A DNA stretch of 64,000 bases from an uncultured Methylomirabilota bacterium (GCA_963705305.1 OY970067.1:5216001-5280000), one strand, 5' to 3'; shown: positions 49,869 to 59,446, counted from the first letter of the stretch. Notes: generated from the sequence alone by a model not told the origin. Numbers and translations: made by a program.

Positions 49869-51098
49869 TCATTGAATCCACGCCGGCTGCTCCAAGAGCT
49901 CCTTGACCTTAGCCACAAACCTGGCCGCCGGGGCCCCGTCGATCAGACGGTGGTCGAAAACCAGGGACAGCGGCAGCATGGACCGGACGTGAATGCCGCC
50001 GTCCTTGATCACGGCCTTGTCCTGGATCTTCCCGATACCCAGGATCCCCGCCTGGGGCTGATTGATGATGGGGGTGAAGTATTCGACCCCGTAGCCCCCC
50101 AGGTTGGTCACGGTGAACGTCCCGTCCGCCATGTCGTCCGGCGCCAGCCTGCCCGTCCTTGCCCGCTCCGCCAAATCCCGGGCGGCCCGGGCCAGATCGC
50201 CCAGAGACTTGGTATCGGCATCCTTGATCACCGCGGCCACCAGCCCCTCGCCCAGGTCCACCGCAAAGCCGAGGTTGACCTCTTTGCGGATGCGCACGGC
50301 CTGCCCGTCCAGGCGGCAGTTGATGCGGGGCTCTTCCCGCAGGGCCCGGGCCACCGCCAGGTGAATGAGATCGGTGACGGACGGCTTGAGGCCGTAGCGA
50401 CGCTCCCACTCGCCGATCTTGGCCTGGCGCAGCCGCATGAACTCGGTTGCGTCGACGTCCACGAACAGGGTGACGCGGGCGGCCTCGCGCCAGGACTGCC
50501 CCATCCGGTCGAAGATGACCTTGCGGATCCCCGCCAGGGGAATCAGTCCGGGCGTGGCTGCCGCCTGCGGAGCGGCCGCTGCGGCCGGGGCCTGCGCGCG
50601 CGCGGCGATCGCCCGCTCCACATCCTCCCGAACGATCCGGCCCTCCGGCCCGGTCGGCGTGAGCGTCGAGATGTCGATGTGGTGCTCCTGCGCCAGCTTC
50701 CTGGCCACCGGCGAGATCTTCACGCGGCCTCCGGCCTCCTGGACGGCCAGCGCGGAGCCTCCGGGGGCCGCGGCCGCCCGCGGAGCCTCGGCCTTCCCCG
50801 CTCCTGCAGGGGGCGGCGGCGTCCCCGCTCCCCCCACCAGCAGCCCGCTCACGTCCTCGCCGGGCTGGCCTAGGACACCCATCAGGCTCCCCACCGGCAG
50901 CTCCGCGCCTTCCTTGGCCATGACCTTGAGCAACGTTCCCGCCGCGGGGGATTCGACCTCGTACTCCACCTTGTCGGTCTGGATCAGGACGACCGGCTGT
51001 CCCTTCTCGACCTTTTCGCCTTCGGCCTTCAGCCACTGGAGGATGGTCCCCGTCTCCATGGTCAGGCCGAGCTGCGGCATATCGATCCGAGTGGCCAT
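49869..51098 (-). CDS. 2-oxoacid/acetoin dehydrogenase E2 dihydrolipoamide acyltransferase
   Basis: Lipoyl domain (QTDKV), PSBD (ISPVARKLA, TGPEGRI), catalytic DHRLIDG. Confidence 0.93.
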   Translation of the reverse strand: MATRIDMPQLGLTMETGTILQWLKAEGEKVEKGQPVVLIQTDKVEYEVESPAAGTLLKVMAKEGAELPVGSLMGVLGQPGEDVSGLLVGGAGTPPPPAGAGKAEAPRAAAAPGGSALAVQEAGGRVKISPVARKLAQEHHIDISTLTPTGPEGRIVREDVERAIAARAQAPAAAAAPQAAATPGLIPLAGIRKVIFDRMGQSWREAARVTLFVDVDATEFMRLRQAKIGEWERRYGLKPSVTDLIHLAVARALREEPRINCRLDGQAVRIRKEVNLGFAVDLGEGLVAAVIKDADTKSLGDLARAARDLAERARTGRLAPDDMADGTFTVTNLGGYGVEYFTPIINQPQAGILGIGKIQDKAVIKDGGIHVRSMLPLSLVFDHRLIDGAPAARFVAKVKELLEQPAWIQ

Positions 51099-51223
51099 GT
51101 CATTCTCCTCGAGGCGGCCGCAGTCTGGCAGCCCGCCTCGCTCGCAAGCAGGGCGGCAGGCTGGGGTTCGGCCGGATGTCTTTCCGGAAGGCAATGCGGC
51201 AGGTGAGCACTGCCGCACGGCGC

Positions 51224-51253
51224 ATTATCATTCTCGCGCCCGACGGGTGTCAA
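51224..51253 (-). promoter_or_regulatory. Possible internal promoter upstream of the E2 gene
   Basis: TTGACA-N18-GATAAT on the minus strand. Confidence 0.5.
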
Positions 51254-51268
51254 GGGCGCCGCCCGGCG

Positions 51269-52243
51269 CTACCCCGCGATCTTCTTGACCGCTGCCATGA
51301 TCTTCTCTTCGCTGGGGGTGACGAATTTCTCCAGCTTGGGCGCGAAGGGCATGGGGGTATGCAGCGAGGTCACCCGCTGGATCGGCGCATCCAGCAGATC
51401 GAAGCCCTTCTCGGCCACCACGGCGGCGACCTCCGAGGCAAAGCTGCAGTGCGGCGCAGCCTCACAGACAACCACCAGCTTGTTGGTCTTCCCCACCGAG
51501 GTCAGGATGGTCTCCTCATCCAGGGGGGAGAGCGTCCGCGGATCCACCACCTCACACTGGATCCCCTCGGCCGCCAGCCGATCCGCCGCCGCCAGGGACA
51601 GGTGCACCATGCGCGAGGTGGCCACGATCGTCACATCCGACCCCTCCCGCTTGATATCCGCCTTCCCGAGGGGGATGGTGTACTCCTCCTCCGGGATCTC
51701 GGAGCTGGTCGCGTACAGCAGCTTGTGCTCGATGAAGAAGACGGGGTTGTCGTCGCGGATGGCCGCCTTGAGCAGTCCCTTCACGTCGTAGGCCGTCGAG
51801 GGCATGACCACCTTGAGGCCGGGCACATGCACGAACCACGCCTCCAGGCTCTGGGCATGTTGCGCGGCCGAGGAGCGGCCGGTGCCCCCCTGTGTCCGGA
51901 TGACCACCGGGACCTTGGCCTTGCCTCCGAACATGTACTTCACCTTGGCGGTCTGGTTGACGATCTGGTCCATGGCGATGCCGGCGAAGTCGATGTACAT
52001 GAGCTCCGCCACCGGCCGCATCCCCAGGAGGGCCGAGCCCAGGGCCGCCCCCACGATGGCCGCCTCCGAGATCGGGGTATTTCGCACCCGCTCTTTCCCG
52101 AACTCCTGCAGCAGCCCCTGGGTGGTCTTGTAGCTCCCGCCGAACTCGGCGATGTCCTCGCCCAGCAGGTAGACGCGCTCGTCCCGCCGCATCTCCTCCC
52201 GCAGCGCCTCGATGACGGCCTCACGATACGTAATCTTCTTCAT
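51269..52243 (-). CDS. TPP-dependent dehydrogenase E1 beta subunit (AcoB/PdhB-like)
   Basis: LGEDI, NTPISE, AAQHAQSLE, FIEHK. Confidence 0.94.
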   Translation of the reverse strand: MKKITYREAVIEALREEMRRDERVYLLGEDIAEFGGSYKTTQGLLQEFGKERVRNTPISEAAIVGAALGSALLGMRPVAELMYIDFAGIAMDQIVNQTAKVKYMFGGKAKVPVVIRTQGGTGRSSAAQHAQSLEAWFVHVPGLKVVMPSTAYDVKGLLKAAIRDDNPVFFIEHKLLYATSSEIPEEEYTIPLGKADIKREGSDVTIVATSRMVHLSLAAADRLAAEGIQCEVVDPRTLSPLDEETILTSVGKTNKLVVVCEAAPHCSFASEVAAVVAEKGFDLLDAPIQRVTSLHTPMPFAPKLEKFVTPSEEKIMAAVKKIAG

Positions 52244-52277
52244 GACGCCTCCTATGGAAAATACCGCACGGTACGCT

Positions 52278-52356
52278 TTCAGCCATCAGCGGTCAGCGTT
52301 CGGCTCCCGGATCCCCGGGCCGAGGCTGAGTGCTGATCGCTGACTCCTGAATGCTG
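52278..52356. repeat. Heptamer-periodic palindromic repeat
   Basis: Three or four TCAGC units at 7-nt spacing, a central hairpin, then four GCTGA-like units at 7-nt spacing. Confidence 0.7.
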
Positions 52357-52359
52357 TGC

Positions 52360-53325
52360 TCATTCCGTGAAGATGTCCTGCAGCGCCAGCTCCAGCTCCG
52401 GCTCGGGACTCTCCCGGGCGAACTGCACCGCCGCCTCGATCTCTTTCTTGATCTGTGCGTCAAGGGAGTCCAGTTCTCCGGCGGGCACTTTCTTCTCCGC
52501 GATGACGCGATGCCGGAAGAGCTGGATCGGATCCCGCTTCTTCCACTCCTCCACCTCTTCCTTGGTTCGGTAGGGCTGTGGGTCCCCCACGAAGTGGCCC
52601 AGGAACCGGTACGTCCTCGCCTCCAGCAGCATGGGGCCGTCCCCCTTGCGCGCCCGATCGATGGCCCGGCCGGCCTTCTCGAACACGTCGAAGACATCCA
52701 TGCCGTCCATGGTCTCGCCGGGGATGTTGAAGGCGGCCGCCCGGTCGGAGACATGCTTCACCCGCTGGTGCGTGGCCCGCGGGGTGGACTCGGCGTACTG
52801 ATTGTTCTCGCACACGAAGACCACCGGCAGGTTCCACACCGCGGCCAGGTTGACCCCCTCGTAGAAGGCCCCGGTGTTGCTGGCCCCGTCACCGAAGAAG
52901 GAGACCGTCACCCGATCGCTGCCCTGCATCTTGAGGGCCAGGCCCGCCCCCGTCGCGATCGGCACCCCCGCTCCCACGATGCCGTTGGCGCCCAGGATGC
53001 CGATGTGCAGGTCGGCGATGTGCATGGAGCCGCCCTTGCCATGGCAGTAGCCGGTCTTCTTGGCAAACAGCTCGGCGAACATCATGTCGAATCGGGCCCC
53101 CTTGGCCACCGCGTGGCCGTGCCCCCGGTGGGTGCTGGTGATCATGTCCTCATTGCTGAGGTGCGCCATCACCCCGGCCGCCACGGCCTCTTCGCCGATG
53201 TAGCAGTGCAGGAAGCCGGGGAGCTGGCCCTTGAGGAACAGGTCCGCCGCGGTCTCCTCGAAGAGCCGCACGGAGACCATCTTGCGGTAGATATCCAGGA
53301 GCAGCGGTTTGGTCAATGGCTTCAT
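52360..53325 (-). CDS. TPP-dependent dehydrogenase E1 alpha subunit (AcoA/PdhA-like)
   Basis: LPGFLH, STHRGHGH, GKGGSMH, FFGDGA...ENN, TYRFLGHFVGD. Confidence 0.94.
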   Translation of the reverse strand: MKPLTKPLLLDIYRKMVSVRLFEETAADLFLKGQLPGFLHCYIGEEAVAAGVMAHLSNEDMITSTHRGHGHAVAKGARFDMMFAELFAKKTGYCHGKGGSMHIADLHIGILGANGIVGAGVPIATGAGLALKMQGSDRVTVSFFGDGASNTGAFYEGVNLAAVWNLPVVFVCENNQYAESTPRATHQRVKHVSDRAAAFNIPGETMDGMDVFDVFEKAGRAIDRARKGDGPMLLEARTYRFLGHFVGDPQPYRTKEEVEEWKKRDPIQLFRHRVIAEKKVPAGELDSLDAQIKKEIEAAVQFARESPEPELELALQDIFTE

Positions 53326-53461
53326 GGGTCACCTCGTCGGGCACGGATGAAGGAAGAGAGTCCGGGATACCTTTCGGCGACCGTGCCGTCCCGCCGCATC
53401 CCCATGCTGCATGCTGCGCGCCACACGTTGAATGACTGGATGCTTTTGCCGCGGCCCCCAT

Positions 53462-53472
53462 CGGTCGGACCG
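53462..53472. promoter_or_regulatory. Candidate FadR-type operator upstream of E1 alpha
   Basis: Palindrome CGGTCGGACCG; shares GTCGGACC with the site at 54250. Confidence 0.45.
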
Positions 53473-53523
53473 GATGCCGCCCTTTTCAAACCCCCGGAGG
53501 TCTGTCCCGCCCCGATCGCGCTT

Positions 53524-54234
53524 TCAGTCTGCCTTGAACAGGCCTTGCACCCGGTCCCGGATCATCTCAATATGATACATCATGGCAATTTTCGCCCGTT
53601 CGGGTGCCCGCGCCCGGATGGCGTCCAGGACAGCCGCGTGCTCGTCGCAAATGGCCTCCAGGTTTTGGGTCTGCAGGACCGCCAGTCGCAGGCCATGGGA
53701 GGACCACATGAGGTTGCCGAAGGTGTCCACCAGACGGACCATGAGGCTGCTGTGGGTCGAGGCCACGACGGCCATGTGAAAGGCCACATCGGCCTTATCC
53801 AGCGCCTCCCGATCATTCCGGGCCGCCGCCGCCCGCAGCTCGGGAAGCGTGGCCTCGACCTGCCGCAGATCCTCCGACGTGGCCTGCTGGGCGGCCTCGG
53901 CAGCCGTCATGCCCTCCATCCACTTTCGGATGTCCAGGAAGTGCAGAAAGTTCCCGACATCTCCCTTCAGGAGGCGGCCGAGGGGCTGTTGCAGCGATTC
54001 GGTCGTGAGCCTCCGTACGTAGGTCCCCTGGGACTTGCGGACCTCCAGAAGCCCCATCCCCTGGAGCTGCTGGATGGCCTCGCGCAAGGCCTGCCGCCCC
54101 ACCCCCAAGGCCTGCGCCAGCGCGCGCTCGGGGGGGAGCTTGTTCCCCTCGACCAGCTGGCCGCTGAAGATGGCCGAGATCACCTGGTCGACGATCTCAT
54201 CCGAGACGCTTCGCGTTCGCACTTTAGTAAACAT
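53524..54234 (-). CDS. GntR/FadR family transcriptional regulator (PdhR/LldR-like)
   Basis: KLPPERALAQALGVGRQALREA HTH, GTYV, FCD domain (DVAFH, EH). Confidence 0.93.
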   Translation of the reverse strand: MFTKVRTRSVSDEIVDQVISAIFSGQLVEGNKLPPERALAQALGVGRQALREAIQQLQGMGLLEVRKSQGTYVRRLTTESLQQPLGRLLKGDVGNFLHFLDIRKWMEGMTAAEAAQQATSEDLRQVEATLPELRAAAARNDREALDKADVAFHMAVVASTHSSLMVRLVDTFGNLMWSSHGLRLAVLQTQNLEAICDEHAAVLDAIRARAPERAKIAMMYHIEMIRDRVQGLFKAD

Positions 54235-54249
54235 AATAGGGTGGTTTCA

Positions 54250-54260
54250 TTGTCGGACCA
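54250..54260. promoter_or_regulatory. Candidate FadR-type autoregulatory operator
   Basis: TTGTCGGACCA fits TNGT-N3-ACNA and lies about 16 nt upstream of the regulator start. Confidence 0.5.
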
Positions 54261-54444
54261 CGGGTCCACTCCGTCAAGATCAAAAATGAAATTTCATGGA
54301 TCGTCCTGAAACACAAACCAATAGCGCAAATCAAACAGGAAGCAACCGACGTCGAAGATGATGGAGCGGCACTCCGCCTTGGCGCCCGGAGGCTGGAAAC
54401 ATGTACCCTACGGATGCTGACACGCGTTCAACGTGAGGAGGGTT

Positions 54445-54714
54445 AACGGGCGGGCATTCTGCTGGCTACGGGCGAAACCTTGCCGATCCCTTTCACCTCC
54501 CGCAACTCTTCCAGCGGCGCATCCAGGATCCCACGGAGACTGCCGAACCGGGCGATGGCGCCTTGGCCTGCTCCTTCGCGTCCAGCCGCGGGATAGCGAG
54601 GGTAAGGAGCAGCTCCACGACCTCGTAATCGGCGAAGCCCGAGAGGCCGCTCTTAATGAAGCGCTCCCGGAGTCGCTGGCGGTGTCCGAGGTAGTGAGGC
54701 CGGTCGTCAGTCAT
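54445..54714 (-). pseudogene. radC: RadC N-terminal fragment, frameshifted and truncated
   Basis: HYLGHRQRLRERF...DYEVVELLLTLAIPR...KA / IARFGSLRGILDAPLEELREVKGIG; JAB domain missing. Confidence 0.82.
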
Positions 54715-54903
54715 TCGATGACAGCCCTCGACCGTCAAACAAGAACGCCGATCCTCGCAAGAGAACCGGCGCTCATCTGTCCAAGGCTCCCTCCAATGAA
54801 ATCCTGGCGTTGAGGCTCCCACGCCTCCCGAGGGCACCTCGCAAGTTAATGCGTTATACACAATTACAGTTCGTTGAACCTATTTGAAAGCAGGTGAACA
54901 CGT

Positions 54904-55107
54904 ATGGCTATCGTTAAGACATCGGCCAAGGGACAGGTCGTCATCCCGGCTGAGCTTCGGGAAAGGATCGGGCTTCGGGCCGGCGGCAAGGTTCTTGTGA
55001 CCCTGGCCGACACCGGAAAGGTGGTCATCGAACCAGTCCCCGACGATCCTATCGAGGCCGCCTGCGGCATGCTCCAGGGGGGGGCTCCCTCACCAAAGCG
55101 TTGCTGA
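54904..55107 (+). CDS. AbrB/MazE-type antitoxin, C-terminus shifted out of frame at a G8 tract
   Basis: SAKGQVVIPAELRERIGL; alternative frame after GGGGGGGG reads SLTKALLKERRED. Confidence 0.85.
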   Translation: MAIVKTSAKGQVVIPAELRERIGLRAGGKVLVTLADTGKVVIEPVPDDPIEAACGMLQGGAPSPKRC

Positions 55108-55125
55108 AGGAGCGACGAGAAGACC

Positions 55126-55533
55126 ATGCCCGCGAAGAAAAGAAGTTTGCTCGATTCCTCCGCCCTGCTCGCCTTCCTCAACAGGGAGCGCGGGTTCGAA
55201 AGGGTTAAGCTTCTCCTCCGGACCGCCGCGGCTTCGGATGAGCCTCTCCTTATGAACGAGATCACCATCGGAGAGGTCTACTACGTTATCGCCAAGGATC
55301 GATCCATAGAAAAGGCTGAAGAGTTTCTCCATCGGCTCCAGACGCTGCCGGTCCAACCCGTCGCCAACTCCTTCCCCGATATCATCGAGGCGGCCAGGAT
55401 CAAGGCGCGGTTCCCTATTTCCTATGCCGACGCCTTTGCTGTGGCAACCGCCATTCGAATGAACGCCGCCATCGTCACCGAGGACCCCGAGTTTCGGGCG
55501 ATCGAACACCTCGTGACGGTTGACTGGCTCTGA
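55126..55533 (+). CDS. vapC: VapC/PIN-domain toxin
   Basis: LLDSSALLA, GEVYY, ISYADAFAVATA, VTEDPEF (acidic tetrad present). Confidence 0.92.
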   Translation: MPAKKRSLLDSSALLAFLNRERGFERVKLLLRTAAASDEPLLMNEITIGEVYYVIAKDRSIEKAEEFLHRLQTLPVQPVANSFPDIIEAARIKARFPISYADAFAVATAIRMNAAIVTEDPEFRAIEHLVTVDWL

Positions 55534-55572
55534 GTCCAGTATTTAGGGCTAGCCTGGCGAAAGTTTTGCGGC

Positions 55573-56166
55573 TCAGTCCTTCACGGCTTCGATCAGATAC
55601 CAATTCGGGTGGTGCTCCACCTCGGCGTGCAGGCCCGCCTCCAGCAATATTCGCTCCACCGCGCGCGGGGTGAAGAAATCCTCGGGGCGGTGCTCGACGG
55701 CAAAGGGCAGGAGGTGCGCCGTCGGCCCCCAATCCAGAAGGAGCAGCCTGCCGTCCGCCCGCACCACTCGGCCCATCTCCGACAGGGCCGGCCGGAGGTC
55801 CGCCAGGTGGTGGAACAGCATGACCCCGGTCGCCAGATCGAACGCGCCGTCGCGAAAGGGCAGGGATTCCGCCGCCCCGGCAAGCAGCCGGAGCGGCACC
55901 GCCGGCTCCGCCCGCCGGATCGCCTCCTCCCCCCGTCTCAGCGAGTCCTCGGCGGAATCTATCGACCAGACACGGCTCCCGGGCGGCAGGTACCGGCCGA
56001 GGAAGATCGCGCTGCGGCCGATCCCGGTGCCCACGTCCAACGCCCGCACGGGGCGGCGGGGCAGGCGCCGGATCAGAGCCGCACGGATCTCCTCCCCGTG
56101 ACCGAAGAAGTCAACGCGCCGGTCTCCGCCGCCGGCACTGCGCGCACGCTTCCGCTCGCCCGCCAT
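55573..56166 (-). CDS. Class I SAM-dependent methyltransferase
   Basis: LDVGTGIG, AESLPFRDGAFD, EMGRVVRADG. Confidence 0.88.
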   Translation of the reverse strand: MAGERKRARSAGGGDRRVDFFGHGEEIRAALIRRLPRRPVRALDVGTGIGRSAIFLGRYLPPGSRVWSIDSAEDSLRRGEEAIRRAEPAVPLRLLAGAAESLPFRDGAFDLATGVMLFHHLADLRPALSEMGRVVRADGRLLLLDWGPTAHLLPFAVEHRPEDFFTPRAVERILLEAGLHAEVEHHPNWYLIEAVKD

Positions 56167-56187
56167 TTCCCGATTCCTCTTCCCCGG

Positions 56188-57018
56188 TCACTTCTCCTGG
56201 CCGAAGGTCACGCTCCGCATGAAATGCTTCTGTAGGGCCAGGAGAATGAGGAGCGGCGGGAGCATGACTAGGAGGACGCCGGCCATGATGACGTTCCACT
56301 CGGCCTGCGCATCCGTTGCCACCAGCATCTTGATGCCGATCTGCGCGACCCGCATCTCGTTCGAGGTGGTCACGATGAGAGGCCAGAGGTACTCGTTCCA
56401 CATGTACACGAACTCGACCATGAAGAGCGCCATCAGATTGTTGTAGGACAACGGCAGGAGGATCTGGGTGAGGAACCGCATCGGACCCGCACCGTCCATG
56501 CGCGCCGCGTCCGACAGGGACGACGGGACGGTCAGGAAGAACTGCTGGAATAACAGGGTTCCGGTGGCGCTGGCGAAGAAGGGGATGGTGAGGGCGTAGT
56601 AGGTGTTCACCCAGTGGAGGGTGTCCATGAGCTGGAAGGTCGAGATGATCCGCACGGGCAGGGGCAGCATGTGGGTGATCAGGATGACCACGAACAGGAG
56701 GCCCTTCCCCGGAAAATCCCGAAAATAGGTGAACGCGAAGGCGGCCAGCACCGACAGGACGATCTTCCCCACGGCCACGCCCATCGAGATGATGAAGCTG
56801 TTGGCCAGCAACCGTCCCATATGCACCTTGGTCCAGGCCAGGTAAACGTTCTGGAAGAGCGCAGTGCCTGGAAGCAGCCGGGGCGGATAGATGAAGACCT
56901 GCTGGAAGTCGAAGGTGCTCACCAGCAGCGCGTAGAACACGGGAAAACAGGTGACGGCAACGCACAGCAGCAGCAGGCCATGCTGCCCCAGAGACCGGAA
57001 GGAGCGGCGGGATCTCAT
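56188..57018 (-). CDS. Carbohydrate ABC permease, UgpE-like (system 2)
   Basis: [29 protein letters not shown]. Confidence 0.9.
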   Translation of the reverse strand: MRSRRSFRSLGQHGLLLLCVAVTCFPVFYALLVSTFDFQQVFIYPPRLLPGTALFQNVYLAWTKVHMGRLLANSFIISMGVAVGKIVLSVLAAFAFTYFRDFPGKGLLFVVILITHMLPLPVRIISTFQLMDTLHWVNTYYALTIPFFASATGTLLFQQFFLTVPSSLSDAARMDGAGPMRFLTQILLPLSYNNLMALFMVEFVYMWNEYLWPLIVTTSNEMRVAQIGIKMLVATDAQAEWNVIMAGVLLVMLPPLLILLALQKHFMRSVTFGQEK

Positions 57019-57036
57019 CGGGATAACTTCCCCGGG

Positions 57037-57924
57037 TCACGCATAGAACACGCGGCGGCCGGCATAGCGGAATTGGAGCAGCGTAAGCGCGCTGACCAGG
57101 ATGAACAGGACGATGGACTGGGCCGACGCGTAGCCCCAGCGGATGCTGATGAAGCCGTCTCGATAGAGCTTGTAGATCAGCACCTCCGTGCCCCCGCCCG
57201 GCCCCCCCTGCGTCATGACGTCGATGAGCCCAAAAACCTCGAAGAAGGCGTAGAGCGAGTTCATGACGAAGAGGAAGAAGGTCATGGGCGACAGAATGGG
57301 GAAGGTCACCCGCCAGAAGGTCTGCCGGCCCGAGGCCCCGTCCACGTGGGCCGCCTCTATGACTTCATCCGGAATATTCTGCAAGCCGGCCAGGAAGAAT
57401 ACGATGTTGAAGCCCAACATCTTCCAGGCGGCAGCCAGGATCACCACGAGCAGGGCGTAGTTCGGGCTCATCATCCAGTTGGGGGAGAACCCCGTGGTCA
57501 GCCGGATGAGGTAGGTCATCAGCCCGCTGGAGGGCTCGAACAGGAGCGCCCACACGATCCCGGCCACGGCCGGCGAGAGCGCATAGGGCCACAGCAGGAA
57601 GGTCCGGTACAGCCCGATCCCGCGCAGCGGCTTGTTGGCCAGGACGGCCATCCCCAGCGAGACGGACATGGACAGGATGACCACGGCCACCGCGAACAGC
57701 ACGCTCAGGCGCAGACTGGCCTGGTAGCTGTCCGACGTCAGGATCTCCCGGAAGTTGCCCAGCCCGACAAAGAGCAGCTTGTTGCCGAACGGCGAGACCT
57801 CGAAGAAGGAGAGATACAGCGCCTGGATCGAGGGCAGGATCAGGAAGATGGCGACGATGGCGATGGAGGGGAGGACTAGGACGTACGGCAGCTTGCGGTC
57901 CGGAAATCTCCCCTCCGTCGCCAC
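57037..57924 (-). CDS. Carbohydrate ABC permease, UgpA-like (system 2)
   Basis: WPYALSPAVAG, FFLAGLQ, EAAHVDGA, TQGGP. Confidence 0.9.
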   Translation of the reverse strand: MATEGRFPDRKLPYVLVLPSIAIVAIFLILPSIQALYLSFFEVSPFGNKLLFVGLGNFREILTSDSYQASLRLSVLFAVAVVILSMSVSLGMAVLANKPLRGIGLYRTFLLWPYALSPAVAGIVWALLFEPSSGLMTYLIRLTTGFSPNWMMSPNYALLVVILAAAWKMLGFNIVFFLAGLQNIPDEVIEAAHVDGASGRQTFWRVTFPILSPMTFFLFVMNSLYAFFEVFGLIDVMTQGGPGGGTEVLIYKLYRDGFISIRWGYASAQSIVLFILVSALTLLQFRYAGRRVFYA

Positions 57925-57940
57925 GAGTCGCCCTTTCTGG

Positions 57941-59248
57941 CTACTTCTGCAGCCGATCGTACTCGCCGAGGACCTTGTTGATCTCCTGCGCGCCTTCCTC
58001 CAGGGCCGCCTGCGGGCTCAGCTTGCCGCTGAAGGCCTTTTCCAGGGCCGTGTCGGTGAGGTCGCGGATCTGGACGAAGTTGCCCAGCAAGACGCCCCGG
58101 GTGGCGGGAGTATCGGGCCCCATCTGGATCTGCTTGAAGGCGGTCTCAAAATTGGGGTGCTTCTTGAACCAGCCCTGCTGGCGCAGCAGCTCCTCCGCGG
58201 CGTGAGTGGCGGGGAAATATCCGGTGTCCTCGTGCCACTTGGCCGCCTGCTCGGGCTGGCCGATGTACTTGAAGAACTTGGCGATCCCGTCCAGCTCCTG
58301 CGAGGTGCGCCCCTTGCCCTTCAGGACCCAGAGCGACGCCCCCCCGATGACCGATTTCCCCTGCGGTTTGCCCTCCAGGCGCGGCAGAAACCCCGTCCCC
58401 ACTTCGAAGCTAGCCGCCTGCTCGATGGTGCTGACCTGCGAGGTGGACTGCAGCAGCATGGCCACCTCCCCCGAGAGGAACGCCTTGTTGGGTGCGTACT
58501 CCCGGCCGCCGTACATCAGCAGGCCATTCTTGGCCCAGCCGGTCCATCGGCTGAGAACCTCCTGCCCGAACGGACCGTTGAACAGCACTTGGGTCGCCCG
58601 GCTCTTGCGCCCGTTCTCGTTGTTGGCGTAGAGCTGGTTGTGGTAGGCGAAGGCCTGCTCGAACATCCAGGCCGGCCAGCCGAAGGTGATGGCCGCGCGG
58701 GCCGCCCCGCTGGCGACGATCTTCTTCCCCATCTCCTCCACGTCCTTGTAGGTGACGGGGGGTCTGTTGGGGTCCAGGCCGGCCTTCTTGAAGGCATCCT
58801 TGTTGTAGTAGAGAATCGCCGACGAGGAGTTGAACGGCATGGAGTTGAGCTTGCCGTTCACGGTGTAGTAGTTGAGGATCGGCGCGAAGTAATCCTTCCA
58901 GTTGATCTCCCCTGATTTGACCACTTCCGTCACGGGGATGATTGCTCCGCTGTCGATCATGGTCTGGGTGCCGACCTCGTACACCTGCAGGATGTGCGGC
59001 GGGTCTCCCGCCCGGATCGCCGCGATGCCCTTGGTCACGGTCTCGGCATAGCTCCCGCTGAACAGCGGCTCGATGGCGTATTCCGGATACTGCTTGTTGA
59101 ACCCGGCGGCGATGTCCTTGGTGATGGCCTCGTAGCGCGCCCCGCCCATGGCGTGCCACAGCTTGATCTTGACCTGTGCCGCCGCCTGCCCGGCCCATCC
59201 CAGGACCGCTGCCACGAGGATCAGCGCCACCGCCCAGCGTCGTCGCAT
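57941..59248 (-). CDS. ABC substrate-binding protein, UgpB-like (system 2)
   Basis: Signal peptide; WHAMGG, QVYEVGTQTM, SMPFNSS, IGGASLW, TGYFP. Confidence 0.9.
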   Translation of the reverse strand: MRRRWAVALILVAAVLGWAGQAAAQVKIKLWHAMGGARYEAITKDIAAGFNKQYPEYAIEPLFSGSYAETVTKGIAAIRAGDPPHILQVYEVGTQTMIDSGAIIPVTEVVKSGEINWKDYFAPILNYYTVNGKLNSMPFNSSSAILYYNKDAFKKAGLDPNRPPVTYKDVEEMGKKIVASGAARAAITFGWPAWMFEQAFAYHNQLYANNENGRKSRATQVLFNGPFGQEVLSRWTGWAKNGLLMYGGREYAPNKAFLSGEVAMLLQSTSQVSTIEQAASFEVGTGFLPRLEGKPQGKSVIGGASLWVLKGKGRTSQELDGIAKFFKYIGQPEQAAKWHEDTGYFPATHAAEELLRQQGWFKKHPNFETAFKQIQMGPDTPATRGVLLGNFVQIRDLTDTALEKAFSGKLSPQAALEEGAQEINKVLGEYDRLQK

Positions 59249-59446
59249 GGCTCCCTCCTTTCGCCGGCGAATTCCCTGCCGGCTTGTTCGCCCCGACCGA
59301 AGGGATCAACGTCCGTTCGTCGCCCGTGGGGCTCTCTCCGGCTCTTCGCCCATCACATCGTCGATAACCCCGGTCCGACTCACCGACCGTGGGCAGTCTA
59401 TGTGCAATCCTCGGAGCCTGTCAACTGTGAACCGAGAAACCTTTTG

